Of a stretch of DNA of 64,000 bases, positions 25,594 to 37,714 are shown piece after piece. Location of the stretch: positions 12,471,524 to 12,535,523 of the forward strand of contig NC_069003.1 of assembly GCF_001194135.2 (NCBI RefSeq), written 5' to 3'. Under the pieces are notes generated by a model. It had not been told where the DNA came from and ran no database searches. It was given only the letters and a program-made list of their open reading frames with translations. This DNA is from Octopus bimaculoides (taxonomy: Eukaryota). Position 1 is the stretch's first letter. Each line of letters begins with the position of its first letter. The position numbers and the translations under genes are program-made.

Positions 25594-26053
25594 CTCTTGC
25601 AGCCTTCCCTGCTTATCTGTCACAATTAGCCATTTCTTAAATTTCCTTTGCATCTTGTTAAGCATGGTCCGTTCTAAATCCGACCACGACATTTCCATAA
25701 TTTTACGTGGTTTCCTTGTAAACTATTTCAAAATTTTCACAATATTCTTTTAAACAGTCAACTTTAAAGCTAATGTGACTTCTTTCCTTTTTTTAATTTT
25801 TTTTTTGTCATAATTTAACTCTCTTTAAATTCCTTAATTAATTTAGACTTAATCATTTCGATTCTTTGATCTTTCTTTAACATCTAATCTTCCAACATTT
25901 GAACATGAACTTTTATATGTGTGCATGCCCCATTTTGCTTCATCACTTGTATATATAAAAAAAATTAGTGAAAAATGAGCCATTTGTAGACTATCTGTGT
26001 ATGTATGTGTGAATGTTCGTATGTATACGTGTGTGTATGTATGTGTATATATA

Positions 26054-26105
<52 letters not shown>

Positions 26106-26292
26106 TTTCTGTGTATGTTAATAATAATTTGTATCAATTGTGATTATTCAGCTGTTGCTTGTTACAACTGTTGGTGCTCTAAGTAACCGTTTTTAGGTGG
26201 CAGATATTCTGCAAATGGCTTGTTAATCTCTGATTGTGTTGTTTGGTTGGCTGTCTGTTATAACTAGTTGATCTGGGCTCTGTTCTCAACAG

Positions 26293-26445
26293 GACAAACA
26301 TATTAAGGAGGTAAACAATGCTTGTGAGACAATGTACAAAACTTCTGGGGAGAAGATCGGTGAAAAGGTTTTCCAGAAAATGGATTCAGCTATCAAGAAC
26401 AGAGAGGGAGTGATTAAAGCTATTCAAGACCGTCTTCAGGAACAT
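26293..26445 (+). CDS. STMN: Stathmin repeat exon (51 aa)
   Basis: ttctcaacag|..|gtaaga, phase 0-0. DKHIKEVNNACE..QKMDSAIKNREGVIKAIQDRLQEH; DKHIxEV matches vertebrate DKHIEEV. Confidence 0.93.
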
Positions 26446-27218
26446 GTAAGAAAGCATGTGGACGATATTTTCATCCTTTTATTCTTATTCATAAGAAGAG
26501 TTCATCGTATCATTCATTGTCATTTTATATTTATCGTTATTGATCATTATTATTATTATTATTATTATATTCATTATTTACTACCTTTATCCTACATGTT
26601 TTGGTTTCCTAGTTAGAAAGCATGTTTCTTGTGCTCTGAATAATGCTCCATCAGTCGCAAATGCCCCCATTTACAATTACTTCCCCCTCACCCCTGTTTT
26701 TTGGGTGGGGTGTGGGGGATCCAATATCAGCAATGGGTAACATAATTGAGTTCTCTCTTAGATGAATACAGGTAGGGGCCCCTTTAATAGCTGAGCCAGA
26801 GACAGGTTTCTAAGTAAAGTTTACTGGGTTCTGGGTATTTTTACAGCCCCTCGCCTCAATATGTAAATAGTTACATGGGAGGGTGAATGGTGGTGTACCA
26901 TTTGTGTCTTTAATGCAGTTCTTTTGAATATTTAGTGTTAGCAGGGTGTCTAGTGTTATCAACCTTAATACAGATTCAGTTTCCAATGGATTGGCTCAGT
27001 TCTTTAGAGACATATTTGTTAAATTCCAGGGATTTATTTCTAGAATCAGTTTTTTATGGTTGGAATCTTTTTAATTATTTTTCTTTCTTTAAATCAGTTT
27101 TGGGTTGTTAAAGTTTTTCGGGTCTTGACTGATGCTAAAATTATTGCGAGCTCACGAAGCGCAGCTCACAGATTCATTAACTGCCCTTCTAACGAGTGTT
27201 CTTTTGTGTTTCTTTCAG

Positions 27219-27305
27219 GAAAGACGTATTGAAGAGGTGCGTAAAAACAAGTTGTCTGTCCATGAAGATGATGATAGCTACGAGTGTGTGGTTGACAACA
27301 GTTAA
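27219..27305 (+). CDS. STMN: Stathmin terminal coding exon ERRIEEVRKNKLSVHEDDDSYECVVDNS*
   Basis: tgtttctttcag| acceptor; IEEVRKNK is the canonical stathmin C-terminal motif; TAA at 27303-27305. Confidence 0.92.
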   Translation, partial: ERRIEEVRKNKLSVHEDDDSYECVVDNS

Positions 27306-27334
27306 TGTTGCTGGCATCCAAGCCACATGGCCGC

Positions 27335-28260
27335 NNNNNNNNNNNNNNNNNNNNNNNNNNNNNNNNNNNNNNNNNNNNNNNNNNNNNNNNNNNNNNNNNN
27401 NNNNNNNNNNNNNNNNNNNNNNNNNNNNNNNNNNNNNNNNNNNNNNNNNNNNNNNNNNNNNNNNNNNNNNNNNNNNNNNNNNNNNNNNNNNNNNNNNNNN
27501 NNNNNNNNNNNNNNNNNNNNNNNNNNNNNNNNNNNNNNNNNNNNNNNNNNNNNNNNNNNNNNNNNNNNNNNNNNNNNNNNNNNNNNNNNNNNNNNNNNNN
27601 NNNNNNNNNNNNNNNNNNNNNNNNNNNNNNNNNNNNNNNNNNNNNNNNNNNNNNNNNNNNNNNNNNNNNNNNNNNNNNNNNNNNNNNNNNNNNNNNNNNN
27701 NNNNNNNNNNNNNNNNNNNNNNNNNNNNNNNNNNNNNNNNNNNNNNNNNNNNNNNNNNNNNNNNNNNNNNNNNNNNNNNNNNNNNNNNNNNNNNNNNNNN
27801 NNNNNNNNNNNNNNNNNNNNNNNNNNNNNNNNNNNNNNNNNNNNNNNNNNNNNNNNNNNNNNNNNNNNNNNNNNNNNNNNNNNNNNNNNNNNNNNNNNNN
27901 NNNNNNNNNNNNNNNNNNNNNNNNNNNNNNNNNNNNNNNNNNNNNNNNNNNNNNNNNNNNNNNNNNNNNNNNNNNNNNNNNNNNNNNNNNNNNNNNNNNN
28001 NNNNNNNNNNNNNNNNNNNNNNNNNNNNNNNNNNNNNNNNNNNNNNNNNNNNNNNNNNNNNNNNNNNNNNNNNNNNNNNNNNNNNNNNNNNNNNNNNNNN
28101 NNNNNNNNNNNNNNNNNNNNNNNNNNNNNNNNNNNNNNNNNNNNNNNNNNNNNNNNNNNNNNNNNNNNNNNNNNNNNNNNNNNNNNNNNNNNNNNNNNNN
28201 NNNNNNNNNNNNNNNNNNNNNNNNNNNNNNNNNNNNNNNNNNNNNNNNNNNNNNNNNNNN
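27335..28260. other. Assembly gap inside the stathmin 3' UTR (other gaps: 3497-3687, 10834-10843, 43775-44294, 49733-49802, 50837-50846, 51525-51663, 58422-58763, 61787-61886, 62505-62642)
   Basis: Runs of N. Confidence 1.
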
Positions 28261-28350
28261 TTTATTTTCAATTTTTTTAAAAAACTTTTAAATGATGCTT
28301 GTCCGACTTTTTTTGAAAACAACCAATATTATCAAAGAAAATTCCACTAA

Positions 28351-28362
28351 TGTACTAATAAA
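28351..28362 (+). terminator. Proximal polyadenylation signal (UGUA plus AATAAA)
   Basis: TGTA at 28351-28354 and AATAAA at 28357-28362. Confidence 0.4.
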
Positions 28363-29679
28363 GAAATAATGATGATAATAATACTACTACTACTACTAAT
28401 AATAATAATACTAATTATATTGATGAAGGGCAGAAAGCGGTTCTTGAGAGTATCTGTGTATGTTGATGCAGTTTTTTTTCATCTGCAAGTGCCATCTACT
28501 GGCCATTTCATATCTCATTGCCTGTCATTTGATTTTTTCACATCCTTTTTTTATTTTTTATTTTGGCTCCTCCTCCCTCTTTTCTCTTCTTCCTCCTCCC
28601 TCTTTCCTCTTCTTCCTCCTCTTTCTCTTGCCTCTCTTTCCTTTCCTTGTTTCCCTCTCCCCCATTGTAAAATGGACACTTAGAACCCAACTCAAAGAGA
28701 TTGGGCTTTCACAACCCCACCCCCTCCCTCTCTGTCCGTCTGTTTTGTCTGGTGGAGTCTAATCTAGTATCCTACATGACCCACCACTCCCTAATGTCTG
28801 TAGTTAGGTTGCTTATATAAATTTTACATTCCGACAATATTGGTCACCTTTTTGCTCCTCACCTCCTTACCACCCACGTGTCTGGCTGTGTGTGCAGGAG
28901 CTTGTGTATACAGAGGATATGTGTGTGCGTGTCCCCCCCCCCCCGTAATAGTTTGTGGGTGGCTTGCTTGGTTGCATTGACTGTAAGCTACAATAGACTA
29001 AGGGTGAATAATGATTGATGTAATTTGCTTGATAAGTGTTGGGATGTGTCTGTGTTGGTGGTTTGAATCATTGTCTAGATGTCTGCCTTAGTGTAGGGCC
29101 CCAACTACTACTATATATATATATAGATATATCTAACATGTACAAACATACATACACGCATACACACACTCTGCCCAAAAACCTTGCTGTAGGGTCTTAG
29201 TTTCTTCTCACACTCTGCTGTCCACCTCTCTGCTCTTTGTTCACACTTTGACACATTGCTATCACCACCACCACCACCACCACCACCACTTCTACTACTT
29301 CTACAACCTGAGATATAACACTAATTTCTCTTAATCTCTCTCCTTTCTCTCCTTTCTCTCCTCTCCTCTCTCCTCAGCTGGTCTGTCCACTAACTTGACC
29401 AGAACAACTTTGTTGCATTGGCTTTGAAATCTTTAGTTAATCTGTGTACTTAACTGCTTGATGTATGTTCCAACTGGACGCTACATGTCGGTGGAGTGCT
29501 TTTGGTCAGCTTTTTTCAAGTGAAATTTCATGAACTTCAAAAATGTATTCAGTGGAAACTTTGTCCAAATATGGAAATATTTTTTCTCTCTCTCTCTCTC
29601 TTACTCTCTTTCTTTCTTTCTCTCTCTCTCTCTCTCAATTTTGACTTTATTTTTATTTTTTTATTTTTTTTTTTGAAAA

Positions 29680-29735
29680 TGTATAATAAAAGAAATCTGT
29701 TGGAGTCTGTTGCCGTTGATGACTTGTATGACTGA
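29680..29735 (+). terminator. Distal polyadenylation signal with GU-rich downstream element
   Basis: U-rich tract at 29640-29675, TGTA at 29680, AATAAA at 29685-29690, then GT-rich ctgttggagtctgttgccgttg. Confidence 0.55.
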
Positions 29736-30348
29736 CGAGGTTGCTCGTCCTATTCTATTGCATTCTTGAAAAATTTCCAATGCTTGCAGAGTTCAGTGTT
29801 AGTTGTGGGAAAGGATGCGGGGGATGGGGGCTACTTCTTCATTCATAAACCTCCCTCTCACCCTTCCTTCTCTCTCGTTAGTAGTAGTAGTAGTTTATAT
29901 TGCATTCTTTCCCTTTGTGTGATGTCAGTGGGTAAGGTCCTCCTTGGATTGTCTGACCACTATCTGAACAACATAATATGGCTTCATGGTCCAGAAGTTT
30001 GCTTCACAGTTGTCATGTGGTTCCAAGTTCAATCACCCTGTGCAACTTTTTACCTTTTGCTCCAGGTTGGCCAGTTCCATGTAATTTGTGGTCAACAGAA
30101 ACTTTGCAAAAGCCCATCATATATTATTTTTTATCTTTTACTTGATTCAGCCATTAGACTGTGGCCATGCTGGGGCATATATAAATATCTTTCACTAAGA
30201 AAACTGATAATTTTATTTATTTATTTTTTTTTATGTTAAGAAGCTTGCTTTGCCTCTGCATAGTTTTGAGTTTGGTCCATTTACATAGCACCATAGGCAT
30301 GGACTGACCAATTCCTTGCAAATGAATTTGGTAGATTGAAGCTCATCC

Positions 30349-30382
<34 letters not shown>

Positions 30383-30498
30383 GTGCCCCAGCATGGCTTC
30401 AGTCTAATGACTGTAAAGGATATATAGTGTGTGGCGTGGAGTGGGTGCTTCTCTCCCCCTACTGCTTGACAACTACTGTTAAGTATGGGTTGTTAGAC

Positions 30499-30818
30499 CA
30501 GGGGTTCTCAACCATTTTGTGCTTGTGGACCCCTTTGACTATTATTTTATTCTGGTAGACCCCCATAGTTGTTCGATGTTTAAAAACTAGTTTTATAGAA
30601 ACTTATTACAAAATTCCTATTTTGTTTTTCACACATTCATTTGTGTAGGTGGAACTGGAAAGCGTTAAAGAAACCTAGCTGTTTCTTGGCAATACAGACA
30701 TCTAAAGCAAAATTTTTTCAAGGGCCCTTAAAATACTATAGTGGATCCCCAATTTGCTATTTTGTTGTGCGGACCCCCCACCTCCCAAACCTTGATGGAC
30801 CCTGGTTGAGAACGACTG
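30499..30818. mobile_element. hAT-Charlie-like MITE
   Basis: TIRs caggggttctcaacc and ggttgagaacgactg; TSD tgttagac / ggttagac (7 of 8 match). Confidence 0.75.
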
Positions 30819-32619
30819 GGTTAGACATGTTATTGGGCAACGGTTTTAAAGCTGGATGGTCTTCCTGTCTGCTGTTAACCTTTATCTGGTTCTTCAAGTA
30901 ATGGATCTCTTCAAAAGGCACCAAGCAAGATGATTTATTGGCAGAATTACCAGCAGTAACACGACCTTGGTTGGCCTGAACTGTAACAGAAAAGTGCTAT
31001 GCAGTGGGACTGAACCTGAAACCACGTGGTTGGGAAGCAAACTTGTCCACCACACAGCCACCTTATTGGTGTGCAGCCTGTATGTGGTTGCTCAAATTGC
31101 TGAACATAAAAGTCAAATCTCAACCTATTGTCCTGAAATTGAATGAATATATTGGATAAGTAATTCTTGATATAAAATACATGAGAAAAAGACAAAACAC
31201 AACCAGAATGCTTTTCCTCTTTCATTTAATGGTTTTAATCATAACCTTTAAGGGATTTTAGTTCATTGTATTGCCTGTATCAGTCTCTATTTATTGAACT
31301 ACTAAATTATATCAAGGTATGCAACACTATTATCATTGAGTTGGTGAAGGTCTGATGCTCATGTCCCTTGGAAGGAGGCAGAGATGTGGATTCTGAGACC
31401 CTAACCCTGGTTCAAATGCTTACAGACTTTGTGCTGAAGTGACCCAAGGTAACAGGTTGTGGTGTTAAACCAGACAGTGGATTAGTCTACCATCTAAGGG
31501 CATGGTGCTCCAGCATGACCACAGTCCAATAGCTGAAACTAGTAAAAGAATATGCATGCAAGATGGATTTGTTTAACAATGTCTACTGAGAAAGGGTGGT
31601 GAGATTGACTTAGATCATAAATGCAAGCTGACCTGTGGTTAAGCAGTGATTACTTATATTCAGTGGCATGGAGCATTCTTGCCTGGTTAACAAGCTTTGT
31701 AGTCCCTGGTCCAGTCTCACTGTTACACCTTTGGCAAATGGATTTGGTAGAGAGAAATGGAAAGCCAATGGTGTTTGTGTATGTATATTCTTTTACTTGT
31801 CAGTCATTTGACTGGCCATGCTGGAGCACCACCTTAAAGGGTTTTAGTCAAAGAAATCAACCCCAGGACTTATTCTTTGTAAGCCAAGTAATTATTCTTT
31901 TGGTCTCTTTTGCTGAACCACTAAATTCTGGGGACATAAACACACCAGCATCAGTTGTCAAGCGATGCCAGGAGGGCAAATAGACACATAAATTCTTGTA
32001 TGTATATATACTACAGGCTTCTTTCACTTTCTTCTTACAAAATACGCTCAAAAGGCTTTGGTTGGCCTGAGGCTATAGTAGAAGACACTTGCCCAAGGTA
32101 CCATGCAGTGGGACTGAACCCAGAACCATGTAATTGGGAAGCAAGCTTCTTACTACACAGCCATGCATGTGTCAGTGTCAAAAGAAAGAGAAAAATGCCC
32201 AATACACACTGTAAGATGGTTGGTATTAGAAAGGGTGTTGAACCAAAGAAAACGGCATAGGCAGCACTGGTGCTTGATGCAACCTGGAAAACAGGCTTTA
32301 AATGATAATGTGTGTGTGCACCCTTATGTCATTGTGATAGTTGGGTCACCAAGTGAGCAATATTCCTTTCTAGTCTTCTGCATAAAGTTTGTCCAACTAT
32401 GGGGGGAAATACTACCTGCCTTGAAACAAGTGAGGGTTGTCAATAGGAAAGGCATCTATCCATTGAAGGAACACCTGCCTCAACAATTTCTGTCTGAAAC
32501 CTGCAAGCATAGAAAAGGGGGACATTGAATGATGATTTTATTTGATTAGCTCGGCTTCTTCCTGCTTCAATTTCTAATGGATTTCAGATGAGACAGCAGG
32601 GGACAAGGGCTGACTTAAT

Positions 32620-32827
32620 TCAACCCTTCAGCATTCAGATTATTTTGTCAAATACTCAAGCAGGACAGATCTAGTCTCTCACACCCACCTTACAATGTCA
32701 TTCTAAAAAAATAAACAATCACATCATCAAAATCTGAAAGCTACAAGATTATGTACGATTAATTCTAAGCAATTAAGATGAAAAGAGCATTGCAGTTGGT
32801 AAAGTAATCCGAATGCTAAAGGGTTAA
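32620..32827. mobile_element. piggyBac-like MITE with a partial inverted copy immediately downstream (to about 32945)
   Basis: Ends tcaacccttcagcattcagatta and taatccgaatgctaaagggttaa (TTAA-type ends); 32828-32895 is an imperfect inversion of 32667-32735. Confidence 0.6.
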
Positions 32828-34245
32828 GTTTTCATGATGTGATTGTATACTTTTAGAATGACATTGTAGAATAGGTGTGAGAATCCAGACCTAGTGAGTT
32901 TGAACATAAAACAATGTCTGAGCTGGATGTGGCCAGTTTAAAAGGGACATTTGCCCATGGTTCCATGCGGTAGGACTACCCAGAACCATGTGGTTGGAAA
33001 GCAAGCTTTTTAGCACATGACCACACCCATCATTTTTACATCCATTTTTCATGTTTACTTGGAGGAGATAATAATGCAGATATTCGACAGCTGCCCTTCT
33101 TCACCTGTTTATGAATAAGATAATATTTCTTCATGGTCCAAACATGTTTTGTGAGAAAACTGAAAACAAAGGACACTGCTTGTAAGATGGTGACACTCAT
33201 TTACAACTATTCTGCAATGTTAAAACAATCAGACACCTTATATGCACATATCTAATCTACCACAGGCTTTGAGTTTCAACCTACCAGATCCACTCATAAG
33301 GCTATAGTAAAAGACAGTTGCCCAAGGTTCCACACAGCAGGACTAAACTTGAAAGCATGTTGTTAGGAAATGAACTTGACCATACAGCCAGGCCTGCACT
33401 GAGATGAGAAATAGAAAAGGGGTATTAGGCTCACATCTGGCTTCCTGTATGTGTGTATATGGTAAACAATTTGTCTGATGTAGTTTACCGTCTTCTAATG
33501 ACTAGGCATTATATTCATTTGTAATATAGCAATAGTAGGGGTATATGGCCTAGTGGTTAAGGTGTTGCACTCATAATTACAAGATCATAGTTTCAATTCC
33601 TGGACTGGGCAGTGTTGTGTTTTTCAGCAAAACAATCTATTTTTGTGATCACTTCAACACCTGATGTCTGGAACACCAAGCGTCTACAGGAAACATTGAT
33701 TTGAAGAAAGGAGTGAATTAATAATGTACAAAATTTGATCTCGAATCAAATTATCTGTGCAGGCTGATCAGTAAGAACCATCATCTATCCTCTACAACAA
33801 GGAGAGTCCAGAACCTCAACATGGCTGGTCAATGTCAGATATAACAAACAAAAGTTCCCTCAAGTTACACCATCTTAAAGACAATTGATCGAAGCATTGA
33901 ACAGAATTTCTTGTAGCATTTATAATGACTGAAGTTCAAATCACACAAAGGCCAACTTTGCTTTTCTGTTTTTGGGGTCAGTAAAATGAACAAGCTTGTG
34001 GTGGTGGATTGGCAGGACCATAAGAAAATTAGGCTTGTGGTATTTACGATGATTCTTTGTCTCCTGAGTTCGAATCCTACCATAATTAACCTAGCAGCAC
34101 AATCTGTCACCTGAGGCTGCATCTTGGTTCCATGACAAAGTTTCTGTTTTAGAGCGATCTAAATGGTAATTTATTCATGACTTACCGAGACACCATATTT
34201 TGTTACACGACCATAATAAACTACAAAGTTAAACTGTTGGATGTG

Positions 34246-34285
34246 GTACTGAAGAAGGTGCAAAAACCCCTGAAATGGCATATAC
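34246..34285 (+). ncRNA. Minimal type-I hammerhead ribozyme motif, probably Penelope-derived
   Basis: GTA-CTGAAGA-AGGTG(CAAAAA)CCCCT-GAAA-TG(G)CA-T-A-TAC: all invariant core bases are present and stems I-III can be drawn. Confidence 0.55.
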
Positions 34286-36579
34286 ACCCATTACCCATGT
34301 TTCCATCTTTAATCGCATTGTTGTTTACATTAGGTGTATTTGAATATGAAATGTAAAAAAAAATTAGTGCTGGCTATAATTCCTATAGAAAGTCTGTAGA
34401 GATAACCTTAACACAAGGTAATTTATATACCAAACACCAGTTTAATTATGACACAATTATAAATTTAAACTTAATTGTTTCAGTCCTTTTGACTGTGGCC
34501 ATGCTGGAGCATCGCCTTGTAATCGAAGAAATCGATCCCTGGACTTATTCTGTTGGTCTATTTTGCCGAACTGCTAAGTTACAGAGATGTAAACACACCA
34601 ATATCAGTTGTCAAGTGATGATGGAGGGACAAACACAAATACATACATATATATATATATGACAGGCTTCTTTCAGTTTCCGTATACCAAATCCACTCGA
34701 GGCTATAGTAGAAGACACTTGTGCAAGGTGCCATGCAGTGGAAGTGAACCTAGGACCATGTAGTTGGGAAGCAAGCTTCTTACCATATAGCCACGCCTGC
34801 ACCTATTCTTTCTTATTTTCAAAATTAACTGAAACTGTAATTCAACAGAAATATGGTAACAAAAGGGTTGAATATTCTTTGACTATTTGATAAACTCAAC
34901 TACGACTGCCTCTGCTTCTAACTTCCTGTTTTCAAGTGATCTAAATGAAAACCATTGATGTTCCAAACACCAGTTTAATAATTCTACCATAGGTACAAGG
35001 CTTGAAATTTTGGGGGATGAAGATAGTCAATTAAATCAATTCCAACGGTGAACAGGTACATATTTTACTGACACTTGAAAGGTAAAAGTCGACCTTAGCG
35101 GTATTTGAACTCAGAATGCAAAGGCAGAAGAAATGCTGCTAAGCATTTTGTTAGACTGCGGCCATGCTGGGGCATTGCTTTGAAGAGTTTTTAGTTGAAT
35201 GAATTGACTCCAGTACTTATAATTATTTTTTAAACCTGGTACTTATTCTGTTGGTCACTTTTGCCGAACTGCTAAGTTACAGGGACATAAACACACCAGC
35301 GCAGGTTGCCAAGGTGTGGTCGGAGACAAACACGAAGACACATACACACATGATGGGCTTCTTTCAGTTTCTATCTACCAAATCCACTCAAGGCTATAGT
35401 AGAAGACACTTGCCCAAGGTGCCACACAGTAGGACTGAACCTGGAACCATGTGGTTGGAAAGCAAACTTCTTACCACATGGCCATGTGTATAAACTAAAT
35501 TTATTAAACAAAATATCTTATCAAAACAAGCCATCATAAACATTAATGAAGAAATTAAGTCAATAATGAGTTGTAATGGTTTATTTGAAATTTCTGCAAA
35601 ACTTCATAACATCATCATCATCATCATCATTGTCTCTTAACATCATCCACTTTTCCATACCTGCATGGGTTGGATAGAATTTCAACAGCTGGATGCCCTT
35701 TCTGTCACCAACCCTTGCATGTTTCCAAGTAGGTAATATTTTCTCATGACCAGACATGTTTATCATGGAAGATTTAAAATGAAGGACGTTGCTTGTTTGA
35801 CAGTGACACTTGTTTACTACTATCATGATAGTAACTCACACACACACACACACATACACATGTGCCAGGTTTTTTCAGTTTCCATCTACCAAATCTACTC
35901 AAGGCTTTGGTCAGCTTGACAGTGGGATTGAACCTGGAACTATATGGTTGGGAAGTAAACTTCTTGCCACACAGCCAATGCCTGCACCCATGACCAAAAT
36001 GAAAATAAAGTACTGATGTATAAAAATGAAATAATAATAATAATGGTTTCAAATTTTAGCACAAGGCCAGCAAATTCATGATCAGGATTGAGTCGATTAC
36101 ATCAACCCCAGTGATAAACTGGTACTTAATTTATTGACCCCCCAAAAGGATGAAAGGCAAAGTTGACCTCGACAGAATTTGAACTCAGAACATAAAGACG
36201 GATGAAATACCACAAAGCATTTTGCCCAGTGTGCTAACATTTCTGCAAACTCACCAATAGTTACAATGATAATGAACTATACAGTGCTCAGGTGCACTAC
36301 AACTCATCAGTAAAAGTAACCAAAACTGCATGAACAGTGCATAGAATATGCACAGGAAGTGAACTGTGAAAAAGCCTTTAAAAAATATCCCACCTTGTTA
36401 AGTTGAACATTGAAAAAAAAGACTCAGATTAGAAATGAAACCAGTTGAATGTACACCAGTTAGGAATAACTTGCTTACATCAATAGAGGATTTCAGAATA
36501 TATACTTGTTTAGAGTGATCTTGAGAATATTACTGTATGTGAAAAAAAACAAATTCACTTATGAGAGCACACACCACAA

Positions 36580-36797
36580 AGCGGTGCTGAAAAGTTCCTG
36601 GTTTTGGGTAAAAGAAAACACAGGACGATCAATTAAGTATGATTTTATTCAACATATTCCCCTCTCAGATTCACACACTTATTGCAGCAGTCCTTCAGTT
36701 TTTCTAAGCCTTAGAAAACATTTTGGAAGGTTGAAGTCTCCAACGAGGCCTTTCACAATACTCTTAAAGCTAGGAACTTTTCAGCACCTCCTTGTAG
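36580..36797. mobile_element. mariner-derived MITE
   Basis: TIRs ggtgctgaaaagttcctggtttt and aaagctaggaacttttcagcacc..ttgta. Confidence 0.75.
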
Positions 36798-37244
36798 ATT
36801 CTGTAAAGTGGTTGATGTTAAGAAAGGCACCCAGCCATAGAAACCATACCAAAACAGACAGTAAAGGTTGGTGTAGTCTTCTGGCTTGCCGGTTCCTGCA
36901 AACCACCCAACTCATGTCAGCATGAAAAATGAACATTGAATGGTGATGATGACATTAGGCCTGGGAACAGGGACTGCAGGAGGTGCAAGTACACCTAAAA
37001 TTTTTGGAGGGGTGCAAGATCAAAATTTGCACCCCTATTTGGTTTTCTCAGGTTTAGAAAACAGTGCATGAAAAGTAATCTGTAAAAAGGAACTTGAAGT
37101 TAGGTTTCTTCTTCAAAGAACAAATATAAAGAAAAAAAATAAAACAAGATCTTGTTTATAAAAAACATTTTGGACCTGGGTTTGCATCCCATCAGCAAAT
37201 TTCATCCGTGAGCCAGTGGATGACAATGATGATGATGATGATGA

Positions 37245-37615
37245 TCTTCAAATTCCACCTGTCTAACACCCGTGGACATGCTTACAAAGTCAGAAAACAG
37301 CACAGCTCCCTTGACTCAGAAACACTTTTTCACGCTAAGAGTTGCTGAAGTATTGAACAAACTGCCAGCGTCAGTTGTTAGTTGTCGGAGCACTGCATCC
37401 TTCAAAACTTCCATGCTTCCTGAGATTCGCCAACACTACACCTGATTTTCTCCCCTCCATACACACGCAAACATGTATCTGACTCATACACTGTTCACTT
37501 TCCAGACAATTGTACAATACTGCATATGCTTTATGCGCACTTTTGACAAGTTGTAGTGCACCTGAGCACTGTATACAATAATTTCATTATTATTATCTTG
37601 ATGAGGGCATAAAAC
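37245..37615 (+). mobile_element. CR1-type LINE 3' fragment
   Basis: Translates SNTRGHAYKVRK..KHFFTLRVAEVLNKLPASVV..SFK with one frameshift, the typical CR1 ORF2 C-terminus; followed by a 3' UTR ending in (att)n. Confidence 0.8.
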
Positions 37616-37681
37616 TAGACAGTGTTGAGGCATATCATCACCATTCCTCAGTTTTAAGCACTCTAACATATACAGACAACA

Positions 37682-37714
<33 letters not shown>

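Larger units (their letters stand above)
30900..36260. mobile_element. Dense cluster of tRNA-SINE copies, mostly on the - strand (about 30900-31080, 31785-32175, 32945-33030, 33270-33400, 34480-34805, 35150-35490, 35600-35990), with + fragments and Deu/Nin-like copies (34985-35145, 36045-36255)
   Basis: Repeated reverse-complement core gggcttctttcagttt..ctaccaaatccactc..ggctatagtagaagacacttgcccaaggt..gggactgaacc. Confidence 0.85.

Noticed and set aside
27189-28350. Four long ORFs of 317-384 aa
   Set aside because: They are almost entirely N-gap. The real coding frame is the 28-aa terminal exon.
36506-36925. 139-aa ORF
   Set aside because: It reads through a non-coding MITE and a SINE tail.
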